Positions 9,717 through 20,877 of a stretch of 64,000 bases of DNA are shown here, one piece after another. The notes below the pieces were generated by a model. The model saw only the letters and a list, made by a program, of their open reading frames with translations, did not search any database and was not told the origin of the DNA. The stretch spans positions 64,001 through 128,000 of the forward strand of contig JAVJQW010000043.1 of the NCBI GenBank assembly GCA_040218735.1, given 5' to 3'. The translations under genes and the position numbers were made by a program. Position 1 is the first letter of the stretch. Each line of letters starts with the position of its first letter. The stretch is from Deltaproteobacteria bacterium (GTDB lineage Bacteria; Myxococcota; Kuafuiibacteriia; Kuafuiibacteriales; Kuafuiibacteriaceae).

Positions 9717-10898
9717 ATGAAACGCAAAACGAACGTCATCGGCGTGGGCATGATCAAATTCGCGAAGCCCGGCGCGAGCGACGACTACCACGTGATGGCG
9801 AAGAACGCGGCGCACGCCGCGCTCGAAGACGCCTCGGTCCCCTACGACGCCGTCGAGCAGGCGTACGCCGGTTACGTCTACGGCGACAGCACCTGCGGGC
9901 AGCGCGCGCTGTACGAGGTCGGGCTCACGGGCATCCCGGTGTTCAACGTGAACAACAACTGCTCGACCGGTTCGACCGCGTTGATGCTCGGGCGTCAGGC
10001 GATCGAAGCGGGCGTCGCGGAGTGTGTGTTGGTCGTCGGCTTCGAGAAGATGGAGCGCGGCGCACTCGGCGCGAAGTACACCGACCGTACGAGCCCGATC
10101 GAGCTGCACGCCAACGTGATGAGCAAGGTGCAGGGCTTCTCGAACGCGCCGCCGACCGCGCAGATGTTCGGCGGGGCGGGGCGTGAGTACCGTTGGAAAC
10201 ACGGCACGAAGCGCGAGACGTTCGCGAAGATCTCCTCCAAGGCGCGCTCCCACGCGGCCAACAACCCGTACGCGTTGTTCAACCAGCCGCTGACGGTGGA
10301 AGAGGTCATGGCGTCGCCCGAGGTGTTCGATCCGCTGACGCGGTTCCAGTGCTGCCCGCCCACGTGCGGTGCGGCGGCGGCGGTCCTCGCGTCCGAAGAG
10401 TTCGCGAAGAAACACAACATCGACAACCCGGTCTACATCGCGTCGCAGGCGATGACGACGGACTACGCGTCGTCGTTCGAGTCGGACTCGATGATCAAGA
10501 TGGTCGGCTTCGACATGACGAAGAACGCCGCGAAGAAGGTCTACGAGGACACGGGCATCGGGCCGGACGACGTCGACGTCGTCGAGCTGCACGACTGCTT
10601 CACCGCGAACGAGCTGCTCACCTACGAGGCGCTCGGGCTGTGCGACGAGGGCCAGGCCGAGAAGTTCATCTGGGACGGCGACAACACGTACGGCGGCAAG
10701 TTCGTCACGAACCCGTCCGGTGGCCTCCTCTCGAAGGGGCACCCCCTCGGCGCGACGGGCCTCGCGCAGTGCACGGAGCTCGTGTGGCAGCTGCGCGGAC
10801 AGGCCGACAAGCGCCAGGTCGACGGCGCGCGCGTCGCGCTCCAGCACAACCTCGGCCTCGGCGGCGCCTGCGTGGTGACGATGTACCGCAGGGATTAG
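9717..10898 (+). CDS. SCP2-type (SCPx-like) thiolase / 'lipid-transfer protein'
   Basis: [22 protein letters not shown] and QHNLGLGG motifs. AAGGAG ribosome-binding site. Confidence 0.92.
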   Translation: MKRKTNVIGVGMIKFAKPGASDDYHVMAKNAAHAALEDASVPYDAVEQAYAGYVYGDSTCGQRALYEVGLTGIPVFNVNNNCSTGSTALMLGRQAIEAGVAECVLVVGFEKMERGALGAKYTDRTSPIELHANVMSKVQGFSNAPPTAQMFGGAGREYRWKHGTKRETFAKISSKARSHAANNPYALFNQPLTVEEVMASPEVFDPLTRFQCCPPTCGAAAAVLASEEFAKKHNIDNPVYIASQAMTTDYASSFESDSMIKMVGFDMTKNAAKKVYEDTGIGPDDVDVVELHDCFTANELLTYEALGLCDEGQAEKFIWDGDNTYGGKFVTNPSGGLLSKGHPLGATGLAQCTELVWQLRGQADKRQVDGARVALQHNLGLGGACVVTMYRRD

Positions 10899-10908
10899 AC
10901 TGGAGGGC

Positions 10909-11754
10909 GTGCGCGCGCTCCTCGTTGGTCTGGTCCTCCTCCCGACGGCGGCCGTCGCTGCGCCGCCGTCGGTCCAACCCGGCCAGCAGTACCCCGGCCC
11001 CGCGACGGTCCGCTTCGACGCGGTCGGCGTGGACATGAAGATCCCCGCGAAGTGGATCGGCGCGATGGCGCCGAACGGGGAGGCGTTCCTGCTCGTCTCG
11101 AAGACCGAGCCGGGGATGATCGTCGCGACGGGTGAGCCGGAGTCGAGCGTCGCGAAGGTGAAGGCTTCGATGTCGGAGGCGTTCCCGCTCGAGGACGTGA
11201 CGCTGACGCCGACGGGTGCGCCCAAGGTGAAGGGCCATCGCGTGACGCAGAGTTACTCGGGGAGCGGGGGCAAGCAGCCGCTGATCGGAGAGGCGGCGGC
11301 GATCGTGAAGGGCGGCGTCGCAGTGGGGTTCGTCGCGGTCGGTCCGAAGTCGGCGCAGCAGGCGCACAAGAAGCTCGTCGCGCGGCTCGTGAAGAACGTG
11401 CGCTTCCTCCCGAAGCCCAAGGCCGGAGACACCGGCGGTGGCGCGTGGCATCAGAAGCTCACGGGGTACGCGCTCGAGCACCTGCGGACGAGCGGCGGCC
11501 TGTCGACGCGCCACACGATCCACCTCTGTCGCAACGGGACGTTCTCCTCGTCCGGCGGCGACAGCTACCTGTCGGGCGGCTTCTCGGCGGTGGGTTCGAG
11601 CGGCAGCTCGGGCACGTGGCGCATCGCGGGCTCGACGCTCACGCTGACCCACCGCGGCGGCGGCACGACGAAGCATGCGATCACCGCGAAGGGGAGCAAG
11701 ACGTTCCTCGACGGGACGCGCTACTTCGTCGCGAACCCGGCGAGCTGTCGCTGA
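10909..11754 (+). CDS. Secreted hypothetical protein
   Basis: Sec-type signal peptide (MRALLVGLVLLPTAAVAA), GGAGG upstream, host-like codon usage. Confidence 0.7.
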   Translation: MRALLVGLVLLPTAAVAAPPSVQPGQQYPGPATVRFDAVGVDMKIPAKWIGAMAPNGEAFLLVSKTEPGMIVATGEPESSVAKVKASMSEAFPLEDVTLTPTGAPKVKGHRVTQSYSGSGGKQPLIGEAAAIVKGGVAVGFVAVGPKSAQQAHKKLVARLVKNVRFLPKPKAGDTGGGAWHQKLTGYALEHLRTSGGLSTRHTIHLCRNGTFSSSGGDSYLSGGFSAVGSSGSSGTWRIAGSTLTLTHRGGGTTKHAITAKGSKTFLDGTRYFVANPASCR

Positions 11755-11777
11755 GCCGGGGCGTCCGGTTCGACGTG

Positions 11778-12275
11778 TCAGAGCGCGTCGATGTGCTCGA
11801 TGAGGATCTGGCTCCAGGGACCGTAGCGCGCTCTGTCGTGCGCGAGGTCGCCCGGGCCGCTCACGCCGTGGGCGGAGCTCGGCGGGAGCCGCTCCTTCAG
11901 GCGACCGACGTAGACGAGACCGACGCCGTCGTCCTGAATGATCCCCACGAGTCGCCAGCTCGTCAGCAGGTCGGGGGCGATCGTCGGGGCGACGAGCTGC
12001 TCCGCGACGCGATCGATCGCCTCGTCGAGGAAGAGCGGCGGGTCACGCTCCGGCCACGCGAGGGGGTGCCGCAGGACGAGGCTGGGGCCGCGGTGCGTCA
12101 GCCACGCGTGGTTGTGGTGGAACGCAGCGACGATCTCGATCTCGGCGAGGCCTGGGCCCGGCACTTCGAGTTCGACGCAAGCGTAGTGCCGTTCGATCTC
12201 CTCGCGAGGGAGGGCGACGAAGGGCCGCGCCCCCAGCTGCGCGGCGAGGGCTCGAGGGGAGAGGGCGAGGTGCAC
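11778..12275 (-). CDS. Hypothetical protein, weakly like Nudix-fold putative phosphoesterases
   Basis: LVGIIQDDGVGLVYVG and WSQILIEHI resemble the C-terminal half of that family. Start estimated at GTG 12275. Confidence 0.45.
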   Translation of the reverse strand: MHLALSPRALAAQLGARPFVALPREEIERHYACVELEVPGPGLAEIEIVAAFHHNHAWLTHRGPSLVLRHPLAWPERDPPLFLDEAIDRVAEQLVAPTIAPDLLTSWRLVGIIQDDGVGLVYVGRLKERLPPSSAHGVSGPGDLAHDRARYGPWSQILIEHIDAL

Positions 12276-12283
12276 GACCGTGA

Positions 12284-13036
12284 TTAGGGGGTGAGGCCGC
12301 AGCGGTCCGCGGCCATCGACGCGAAGTCGCAGCAGTCGTCCTGCGAGCGCACGCCGAAGGTGGTGCCGACGCGCGCGCCCTGCACGCAGGTGCACACCCA
12401 GATCATGCCGGCGGACGTGGAGGCTTCGCTGCACTCGATGGCGGCGTCGCCGGAGCTCTGCGGGCAGGTCTGCGAGATCTCCGCGAAGCACGTCGGTTCG
12501 GGAGCGACGGTGGATGTGCCCGCGTCGCGGATCGGGGGCGGCTCGACGGAGCCGCCGCAGGAGACGCTCGGTGAGCAGTCACAGTCCTCTTGGGCTTGGA
12601 AGCTATCGATGCACCGGCCGAAGAAATCGGGGAAGTCGTTTTCGTCGCAGGTCGACGGGCTCTGCAAGATGCATTGCAAGGTCGCGTCGAACTCCGAGAG
12701 GCAGCCGGCGGCTTCGGCTTCGGCGCGAGACTCGGCGCCTTCCATGAGGCAGTCACCTTCGTTCTCGACGCAGGGGATGGCGTCGAACTTGTCGCAGACC
12801 TGACGGATCTCGTTGGTCGGCGCGCCGACGTTGACGTTGATCGGCTCGGGCGGCGTGAAGACCTGGATGCAGGTGCTGTTCGCGCAAGCCAGGCTGCACG
12901 AGCAGTCGGCGCTCGTCACGCAGGCGCCGCCGGCGGGGGAGGTGCCGCACATCGCGGGGGTGCCCAAGTCGGTCGGGTCGCGGCTGCCGAGGCAGCCGGC
13001 GAGGAGGAGGGCCAGGAGGACTACGGAGCGTCGCAC
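12284..13036 (-). CDS. Cys-rich lipoprotein
   Basis: GTG start VRRSVVLLALLLAGC (lipobox) followed by about 20 Cys in 250 aa. Confidence 0.75.
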   Translation of the reverse strand: MRRSVVLLALLLAGCLGSRDPTDLGTPAMCGTSPAGGACVTSADCSCSLACANSTCIQVFTPPEPINVNVGAPTNEIRQVCDKFDAIPCVENEGDCLMEGAESRAEAEAAGCLSEFDATLQCILQSPSTCDENDFPDFFGRCIDSFQAQEDCDCSPSVSCGGSVEPPPIRDAGTSTVAPEPTCFAEISQTCPQSSGDAAIECSEASTSAGMIWVCTCVQGARVGTTFGVRSQDDCCDFASMAADRCGLTP

Positions 13037-13064
13037 GCGATCGTTGTACCCGACTTTTTGGGGT

Positions 13065-13487
13065 TCAGGCGTCAGGGAGCGCGTGGAGCAGCTCGAGCAG
13101 ATCGAAGCCGAGCTCGCCGTAGGCGTGCGCCATGTGGGCGAGGTACTCGGGGCAAGGTGCGTTGCGCGGTTGGTCGGAGCGGCGGACGTAGGTCCACAGC
13201 GTCTCGCCGGCGATCTCGATCTCGACGCGGTGGTAGTTGCCTTCGAAATCGTCGAGGCGGGCGAGCGCCTCGTCGGCGAGCGCGTAGATCCGGCCCGCCA
13301 CGGAGCGGCCGGGGTTCGGGACGATCGTCGCGACGCCACCCTCTCGCCAGTTCTTCGAGGTGCCGGCGAAGACGAGGCGGTAGCCGTCGAGGCGGGCGGC
13401 ACCCCGATCCTCGATGGTCATGTCGCAGCGATCCTGCATCTGCTGCGGGTTCAGGTTCGAACCGTAGGCGAAGTACCGAGCCAACAC
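13065..13487 (-). CDS. Gamma-glutamylcyclotransferase family protein
   Basis: N-terminal YFAYGSNL, plus GGVATIVP and LDDFEG. Start estimated. Confidence 0.85.
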   Translation of the reverse strand: MLARYFAYGSNLNPQQMQDRCDMTIEDRGAARLDGYRLVFAGTSKNWREGGVATIVPNPGRSVAGRIYALADEALARLDDFEGNYHRVEIEIAGETLWTYVRRSDQPRNAPCPEYLAHMAHAYGELGFDLLELLHALPDA

Positions 13488-13514
13488 GCTACTTGTACCG
13501 AGCCCGGCGAAATC

Positions 13515-13543
13515 TTGTTTACTGAACAAAAGTGCGGTATATC
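13515..13543 (+). promoter_or_regulatory. Sigma70-like promoter with a LexA-box-like site in its spacer
   Basis: TTGTTT-N17-TATATC. The spacer reads CCGCACTTTTGTTCAG on the minus strand (13522-13537), close to the Myxococcus xanthus LexA consensus CTRHAMRYBYGTTCAGS. Confidence 0.6.
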
Positions 13544-13550
13544 GATCGGG

Positions 13551-14243
13551 ATGTCCACGGCGGCCCGTACCACCGACCTCGACGCGATTCGCGCCCTCCT
13601 GAAGAAGAAGGCGCCCTTCGTCGGAGAGCGGGGCGGCCGGCCGACGGGCGTGCCCGAGCTCGACCGCCTCCTCGGGGGCGGCTTCGTGAAGGGCGGCATC
13701 ACCGTGCTGACCGGGCTCCCCGGTTCGGGACGGATGTCGATCGCCGCGCGGCTCCTCGCGGAGGAGACGCACCGGCGACCCGTGGCGTGGATCGACGCCA
13801 AGGGCACGCTCTACCCGCCGGCCCTCGCGAACCTCGGCGTTCGTTTGAATCGAATGCTGATAGTGCGCGGCGCGAAGGACCGATCCGTCTACGCGGCGGA
13901 GCAGATCATCGCGTCGCGGGCGTTCGGGGTCGTCATCGCCATAGGGCTCGACGGCCAGCTCGACGACGCGCGCGCGCGCCGGCTGCAGACGGTGACGGAG
14001 GGGACGGACACGACCACCGTGTTGATCCTCGAGCCGCGCGCCGCGGAGCGCTTCGGCAACGCGGTGATGAAGCTGTCGATGACGCGCCGGGCGACCTCGA
14101 TGATCGTGCAGGTCGACAAGGATCGCACCGGCGCCGCCGGGCGGCGCGCGACGATCTCGAACGCGGTGACGGGGTTCAGTCCGTCTCGGGATGTGTTGGA
14201 CGAGGTGGCTCCGGTGCCGGTGCCGATGGCTTATGCCGGGTGA
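13551..14243 (+). CDS. imuA: ImuA-like RecA-fold protein
   Basis: PTGVPELDRLLGGG, degenerate Walker A GLPGSGRMS, WID..GTLYPPALANLGVRLNRMLIVR and ARRLQ. LexA-like box upstream. Confidence 0.72.
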   Translation: MSTAARTTDLDAIRALLKKKAPFVGERGGRPTGVPELDRLLGGGFVKGGITVLTGLPGSGRMSIAARLLAEETHRRPVAWIDAKGTLYPPALANLGVRLNRMLIVRGAKDRSVYAAEQIIASRAFGVVIAIGLDGQLDDARARRLQTVTEGTDTTTVLILEPRAAERFGNAVMKLSMTRRATSMIVQVDKDRTGAAGRRATISNAVTGFSPSRDVLDEVAPVPVPMAYAG

Positions 14244-15434
14244 TCAGCTCACGCGCTCCAAGACGACCGCGATCCCCTGGCCGCCGCCGATGCACGCCGA
14301 GCCGACCGCGTAGCGGCCCTCGCGGCGCTGGAGCTCGTAGACGAGGTGCGACGTGATGCGCGCGCCCGAGGCGCCCAGCGGGTGGCCGAGCGCGATCGCG
14401 CCGCCGTTCACGTTCGTCTTCTCGCGCGGCAGGCCGAGCTCCTTCTCGACCGCGATGTACTGCGGCGCGAAGGCTTCGTTCACCTCGAAGACGTCGATCT
14501 GGTCCTGCTCGAGGCCGGCGCGCCCCAGCGCCTTCTTGATCGCCGGCGCCGGGCCGATGCCCATGATCTTCGGGTCCACGCCCGTGATGCCCCAGTCGAC
14601 CAGACGCGCGAGCGGACGCAGGCCCTTCTTCTCCGCCGCCTCGCGCGACGCGATGACCAACGACGCCGCGCCGTCACAGATGCCCGACGCGTTGCCGGCC
14701 GTGACCACGCCGTCCTTCTTGAAGACCGGGCGGAGCTTCGAGAGGATCTCGAGCGTCGTGTCGCCGCGCGGGTGCTCGTCGGTGTCGAACTGCACCTCGC
14801 CCTTGCGCGTCTTCAACGTGACCGGGACGATCTCGTCGGCGAACTTGCCGGCCTTGTTGGCCTCGGCCCACGTCTGCTGCGAGCGCAGCGCGTAGGTGTC
14901 CGCCGCCTCCCGCGTGATGTCGTACTTCTCGGCGAGGTTCTCCGCCGTGATCGCCATCGGGCAGCCGCAGTACGAGTCCGTCAGCGAGGCCCACAGCGAG
15001 TCCGCGAGCTCCGGCGACTTGCCGAACGGGAGCCCCCAGCGCGCGCCGTACACGACGTGCGGCGCCTGCGACATGTTCTCGGCGCCACCCACGAGACAAA
15101 TCTCGGCGTCGCCCAAGAGGATCTGCTCGGCGCCCGTCACCACGGACTGAAAGCCCGAGCCGCACAGCCGGTTCACCGTCAGCGCCGGCACCTCCTGCGG
15201 CACCCCGGCGCGCAGGCCCACGTGGCGCGCGTGGTAGATCGCGTCGGCCGACGTCTGCTGAACGTTCCCGAAGACGACGTGGTCGACGTCCTCCGGCTTC
15301 ACTTCGGCCTGCGCGAGCGCCGCCTTGGACGACTCCACCGCCAGGTCCGTCGCGGTCAGGTCCTTGAGCTTGCCGCCGAACGTGCCGAACGCCGTGCGCT
15401 TGGCCCCTACGATCCAGATCTCTCGTTTGGTCAT
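14244..15434 (-). CDS. Acetyl-CoA C-acyltransferase (thiolase)
   Basis: NRLCGSG, NEAF, GHPLGASG and CIGGGQG motifs. Confidence 0.95.
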   Translation of the reverse strand: MTKREIWIVGAKRTAFGTFGGKLKDLTATDLAVESSKAALAQAEVKPEDVDHVVFGNVQQTSADAIYHARHVGLRAGVPQEVPALTVNRLCGSGFQSVVTGAEQILLGDAEICLVGGAENMSQAPHVVYGARWGLPFGKSPELADSLWASLTDSYCGCPMAITAENLAEKYDITREAADTYALRSQQTWAEANKAGKFADEIVPVTLKTRKGEVQFDTDEHPRGDTTLEILSKLRPVFKKDGVVTAGNASGICDGAASLVIASREAAEKKGLRPLARLVDWGITGVDPKIMGIGPAPAIKKALGRAGLEQDQIDVFEVNEAFAPQYIAVEKELGLPREKTNVNGGAIALGHPLGASGARITSHLVYELQRREGRYAVGSACIGGGQGIAVVLERVS

Positions 15435-15482
15435 GCTCCCGTTCTTTCCAAAACGGGCGCAGATCCGCAATTCAGATCGAGC

Positions 15483-15893
15483 CTAGATGTGGCGCTTCGG
15501 CGGGGGCGGGAGCTCCGGGGGGGCCTCCTCCGCATCGACCGCCTCCGGGCGCTTCTTGCGCACCAGGCGATCCGCGCTCTTCCGGCCCAGGTGCTCGCCC
15601 GCCATCTGCCCCATCATCCCGCCGCAGAACGCGCCCGCGAGGCGGCCCACGCCGGGGAACCAGATGCCGGCCAGAGAGCCGATCGCCGCGCCGCCGACCG
15701 TGCCGGTCAACGAGCCGAGGTGCACTCCCGCGCGACGCTTGAACTCCTCCTCGGAGATCTCCCCCGATTGGAACTTGTAGGCTTCCTGACCGAAACGAAT
15801 GCCGAGCGCCATCGCGGCCGCGACGGCCATCGGGCTCTTGAGCCGGTCGCTCACCCAGTCGGGGAGCTTCGGCAGCTTGGGGACTTTGGGCAT
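15483..15893 (-). CDS. Glycine-zipper membrane protein (paralog 2)
   Basis: GxxxG-rich hydrophobic segment, clearly similar to the adjacent ORF. Confidence 0.7.
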   Translation of the reverse strand: MPKVPKLPKLPDWVSDRLKSPMAVAAAMALGIRFGQEAYKFQSGEISEEEFKRRAGVHLGSLTGTVGGAAIGSLAGIWFPGVGRLAGAFCGGMMGQMAGEHLGRKSADRLVRKKRPEAVDAEEAPPELPPPPKRHI

Positions 15894-15905
15894 GGGCCCG
15901 TACCT

Positions 15906-16334
15906 CTAGAGGTGGCGCTTGATGGGTTCGGGGCGCGCCGGGCCCTCTTCGGCCGCCGGGGATTCGGGCGTTTCACCCTGCGCGGAGCGGCTGCGCACCA
16001 GCTCTTCGGCGCGCTCGACGGCTTCGCGGCCGATCCGGCCGCCCGCCATCTCACCGACCATGCCCCCGGCGAAGGTCCCGATGATCGTCCCGATGCCGGG
16101 GACCACGGAGCCGGCCGCCGCGCCCGCCGCGGCGCCCGCGAGGCCGCCGCCCAGCGTGCCCAGGTGGCTACCGGTGCGCTTGCGGAACTCGGGCGGGTCG
16201 ATCTCGCCCTTCTTGAGGGAGAAGGCGTCCTTCCCGACGCGGAACGAGAGGGACAGGGTGCTGACCACCATGACCGGGTGACGCGTCAGACGACGCAGGA
16301 TTCGCTCGGGCAGGGTACGCTTCAGTGCTCGCAT
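15906..16334 (-). CDS. Glycine-zipper membrane protein (paralog 1)
   Basis: GAAAGAAAGSVVPGIGTIIGTFAGGMVG segment. AGGAGA RBS and an extended -10-like TGCTATCAT upstream. Confidence 0.72.
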   Translation of the reverse strand: MRALKRTLPERILRRLTRHPVMVVSTLSLSFRVGKDAFSLKKGEIDPPEFRKRTGSHLGTLGGGLAGAAAGAAAGSVVPGIGTIIGTFAGGMVGEMAGGRIGREAVERAEELVRSRSAQGETPESPAAEEGPARPEPIKRHL

Positions 16335-16381
16335 TCAACGGGTCTCCTGGGCAGCACGCCCATGATAGCACGAGCCGTCGA

Positions 16382-16627
16382 TCACCCCGAATGAGGGGCG
16401 ATCCGCCACAGCTCGGCCTCGTGAGAGATCTCTTCGGCCATCTTGTAGGCGGTGTAAGCGGCGACGATGTGGCAGACCCAACCGATGGCGCCCCCGGTCC
16501 CCACCCAGAAGCCGGGGGTGATGACCAGCCAGAACAGGCCGCGCAAGAAGTGTCCGTTGTAGATCTGCCCCAGGCCGGGGATGAGGAACGAGAGGACGGC
16601 CGCGAGGCCGGGGTTCTTGATGTCCAT
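16382..16627 (-). CDS. Small membrane protein (TM2-like)
   Basis: KNPGLAAVLSFLIPGLGQIYNG motif and two hydrophobic segments. Confidence 0.75.
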   Translation of the reverse strand: MDIKNPGLAAVLSFLIPGLGQIYNGHFLRGLFWLVITPGFWVGTGGAIGWVCHIVAAYTAYKMAEEISHEAELWRIAPHSG

Positions 16628-16753
16628 GCCCTCTCAAATTAGGTCCCCGCGCCGCCTCGTCCAGTGACGGCCCTCCCGTTCAACACCGCGGCGCTGTTCG
16701 CTATTCACCTTCCGCCCCTCGCCGTGGTACCGCCGCCGCGCGGAGGTTCGAAC

Positions 16754-19425
<2,672 letters not shown>

Positions 19426-19429
<4 letters not shown>

Positions 19430-20877
19430 CCCGAGCCCGACTATTCGCCGTGGCGCTGCTCGCCGCGGCGTGCGCCGAGGATGTGCCCGGCACGCCGCCG
19501 CCGGAGCAGGAGGTGTACTTCCCGCTCGGCGCCGAGGTCGTCACGCTCGACGACGCGGGCGAAGTGCTCGTCGTCGTGAACAGCAACTTCGACCAGCGCT
19601 ACAACGCCGGCTACGTCAGCACGTACAGCGTCGAGACGCTGACCTCGCTCGCCGGCTCCGGTGACGTGACGACGTTCGTCGACAGCCTCGAGGCCGCCTT
19701 CATCAGTCGCGTGCGCATCGAACAGTTCGGCGGCGACATCACGCTCAGCGACGGGACGCCACGTCGGGTCTTCGTCGCGTCGCGCGGGCGCAACGTCGTC
19801 ACGATGATCGGCCTCGCCGAAGACGGGACGCTGTTCTGTGACGACAGCCCTTCCGCGAAGCGCAGCGACGCCTTCGACTGCACGGCGGCGCACGAGGTGC
19901 GTACGTTTGCGGACGATCCGTTCCCCGTCGCGTTCGTTCCGCAGGACGGCGCCGGAAACGCCGTGGCGACGCTCGCCGTCGGGCACCTCACGGTGCGCGA
20001 CCTGGGCATCCGGAGCGACGCGGTCGTTCGGACCATCGAGTATCCGCGGTACGAAGAACGCGTCGCGCAGGACGTCGACCCCGAGGTCCACGTCTTCGAT
20101 CCGACCGAGACGAGCACCATCGGCCGCGAGGGCTTCTCGCAGGCCCAGTTCTCCAACAACGGCGGCGTCGCGGGGCTGGTGTTCTCGCCGCAGGCCGGGT
20201 TCGCTGCCACCGATGGCTCGCCGGCGGGCCGACTGCTCATCGCCTCCGCCGGGCAGCTGAACGTCTCCAACTCCCTCACGATCATCGCCGGGATCTTCGA
20301 AGACGGTGTCCTGCGGGCGAGCGGCACGCCGCTAGCGCTCGACGTCGCGACCTCCGCGATCCAGACCCGAGGCATCCGCGCCACCGCAGACGGTCGCCGC
20401 GCGTACGTCGGGATTCGCTTCCAGGAGGGGCAGACGATCACGCAGTTCAACTCGGGCGTCGCGATCGTCGACACGTCGTCGGCGTCGCCGCAGTTCGTGT
20501 CGGTGTTCGAGGTCGGCGAGGAGGGCTCGCGCCCCTCGCTCGTCGAGCGCGCCGACGCGCGGCTCCTCTACATCCCGGACCTGCGCCTCGACCGCATCTT
20601 CATCCTCGACGTCACCAACGACGAGCCGACGCTCGTGGGCAGCATCGTCGGTCGCGCGAACCGCGTGGTGAACGGCGAGCAGATCCAGGCGCGCACGCTC
20701 GCGTCGCCCGCGCAGGTTGCGTTCACGGCGGACGGCAACTTCGGGTTCGTGACCAACTTCCTCAACAGCACGATCGCCGTGCTGGATACGAGCGATCCGG
20801 ACCCGCGCAAACACCGGGTGATCGCCCGCCTCGGTCGCAACATCGATCCCGAAGGCGACATGGAGATGCCGCAGTGA
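19426..20877 (+). CDS. Lipoprotein, probable beta-propeller (YncE-like)
   Basis: Lipobox LAAAC, repeated beta-strand units, GTGA overlap with ppdK. Confidence 0.7.

Noticed and set aside
12813-13550. 476-aa ORF suggesting a long N-terminal extension on imuA
   Set aside because: The extension is antisense to the cyclotransferase and lipoprotein genes, and a promoter with a LexA-like box lies just before ATG 13551.
15483-16334. C-terminal RHI/RHL as a peroxisomal PTS1-like signal, given the MFE-2-like gene nearby
   Set aside because: It does not fit [SAC][KRH][LM], the genome is bacterial, and the MFE-2-like protein itself ends WFIR.
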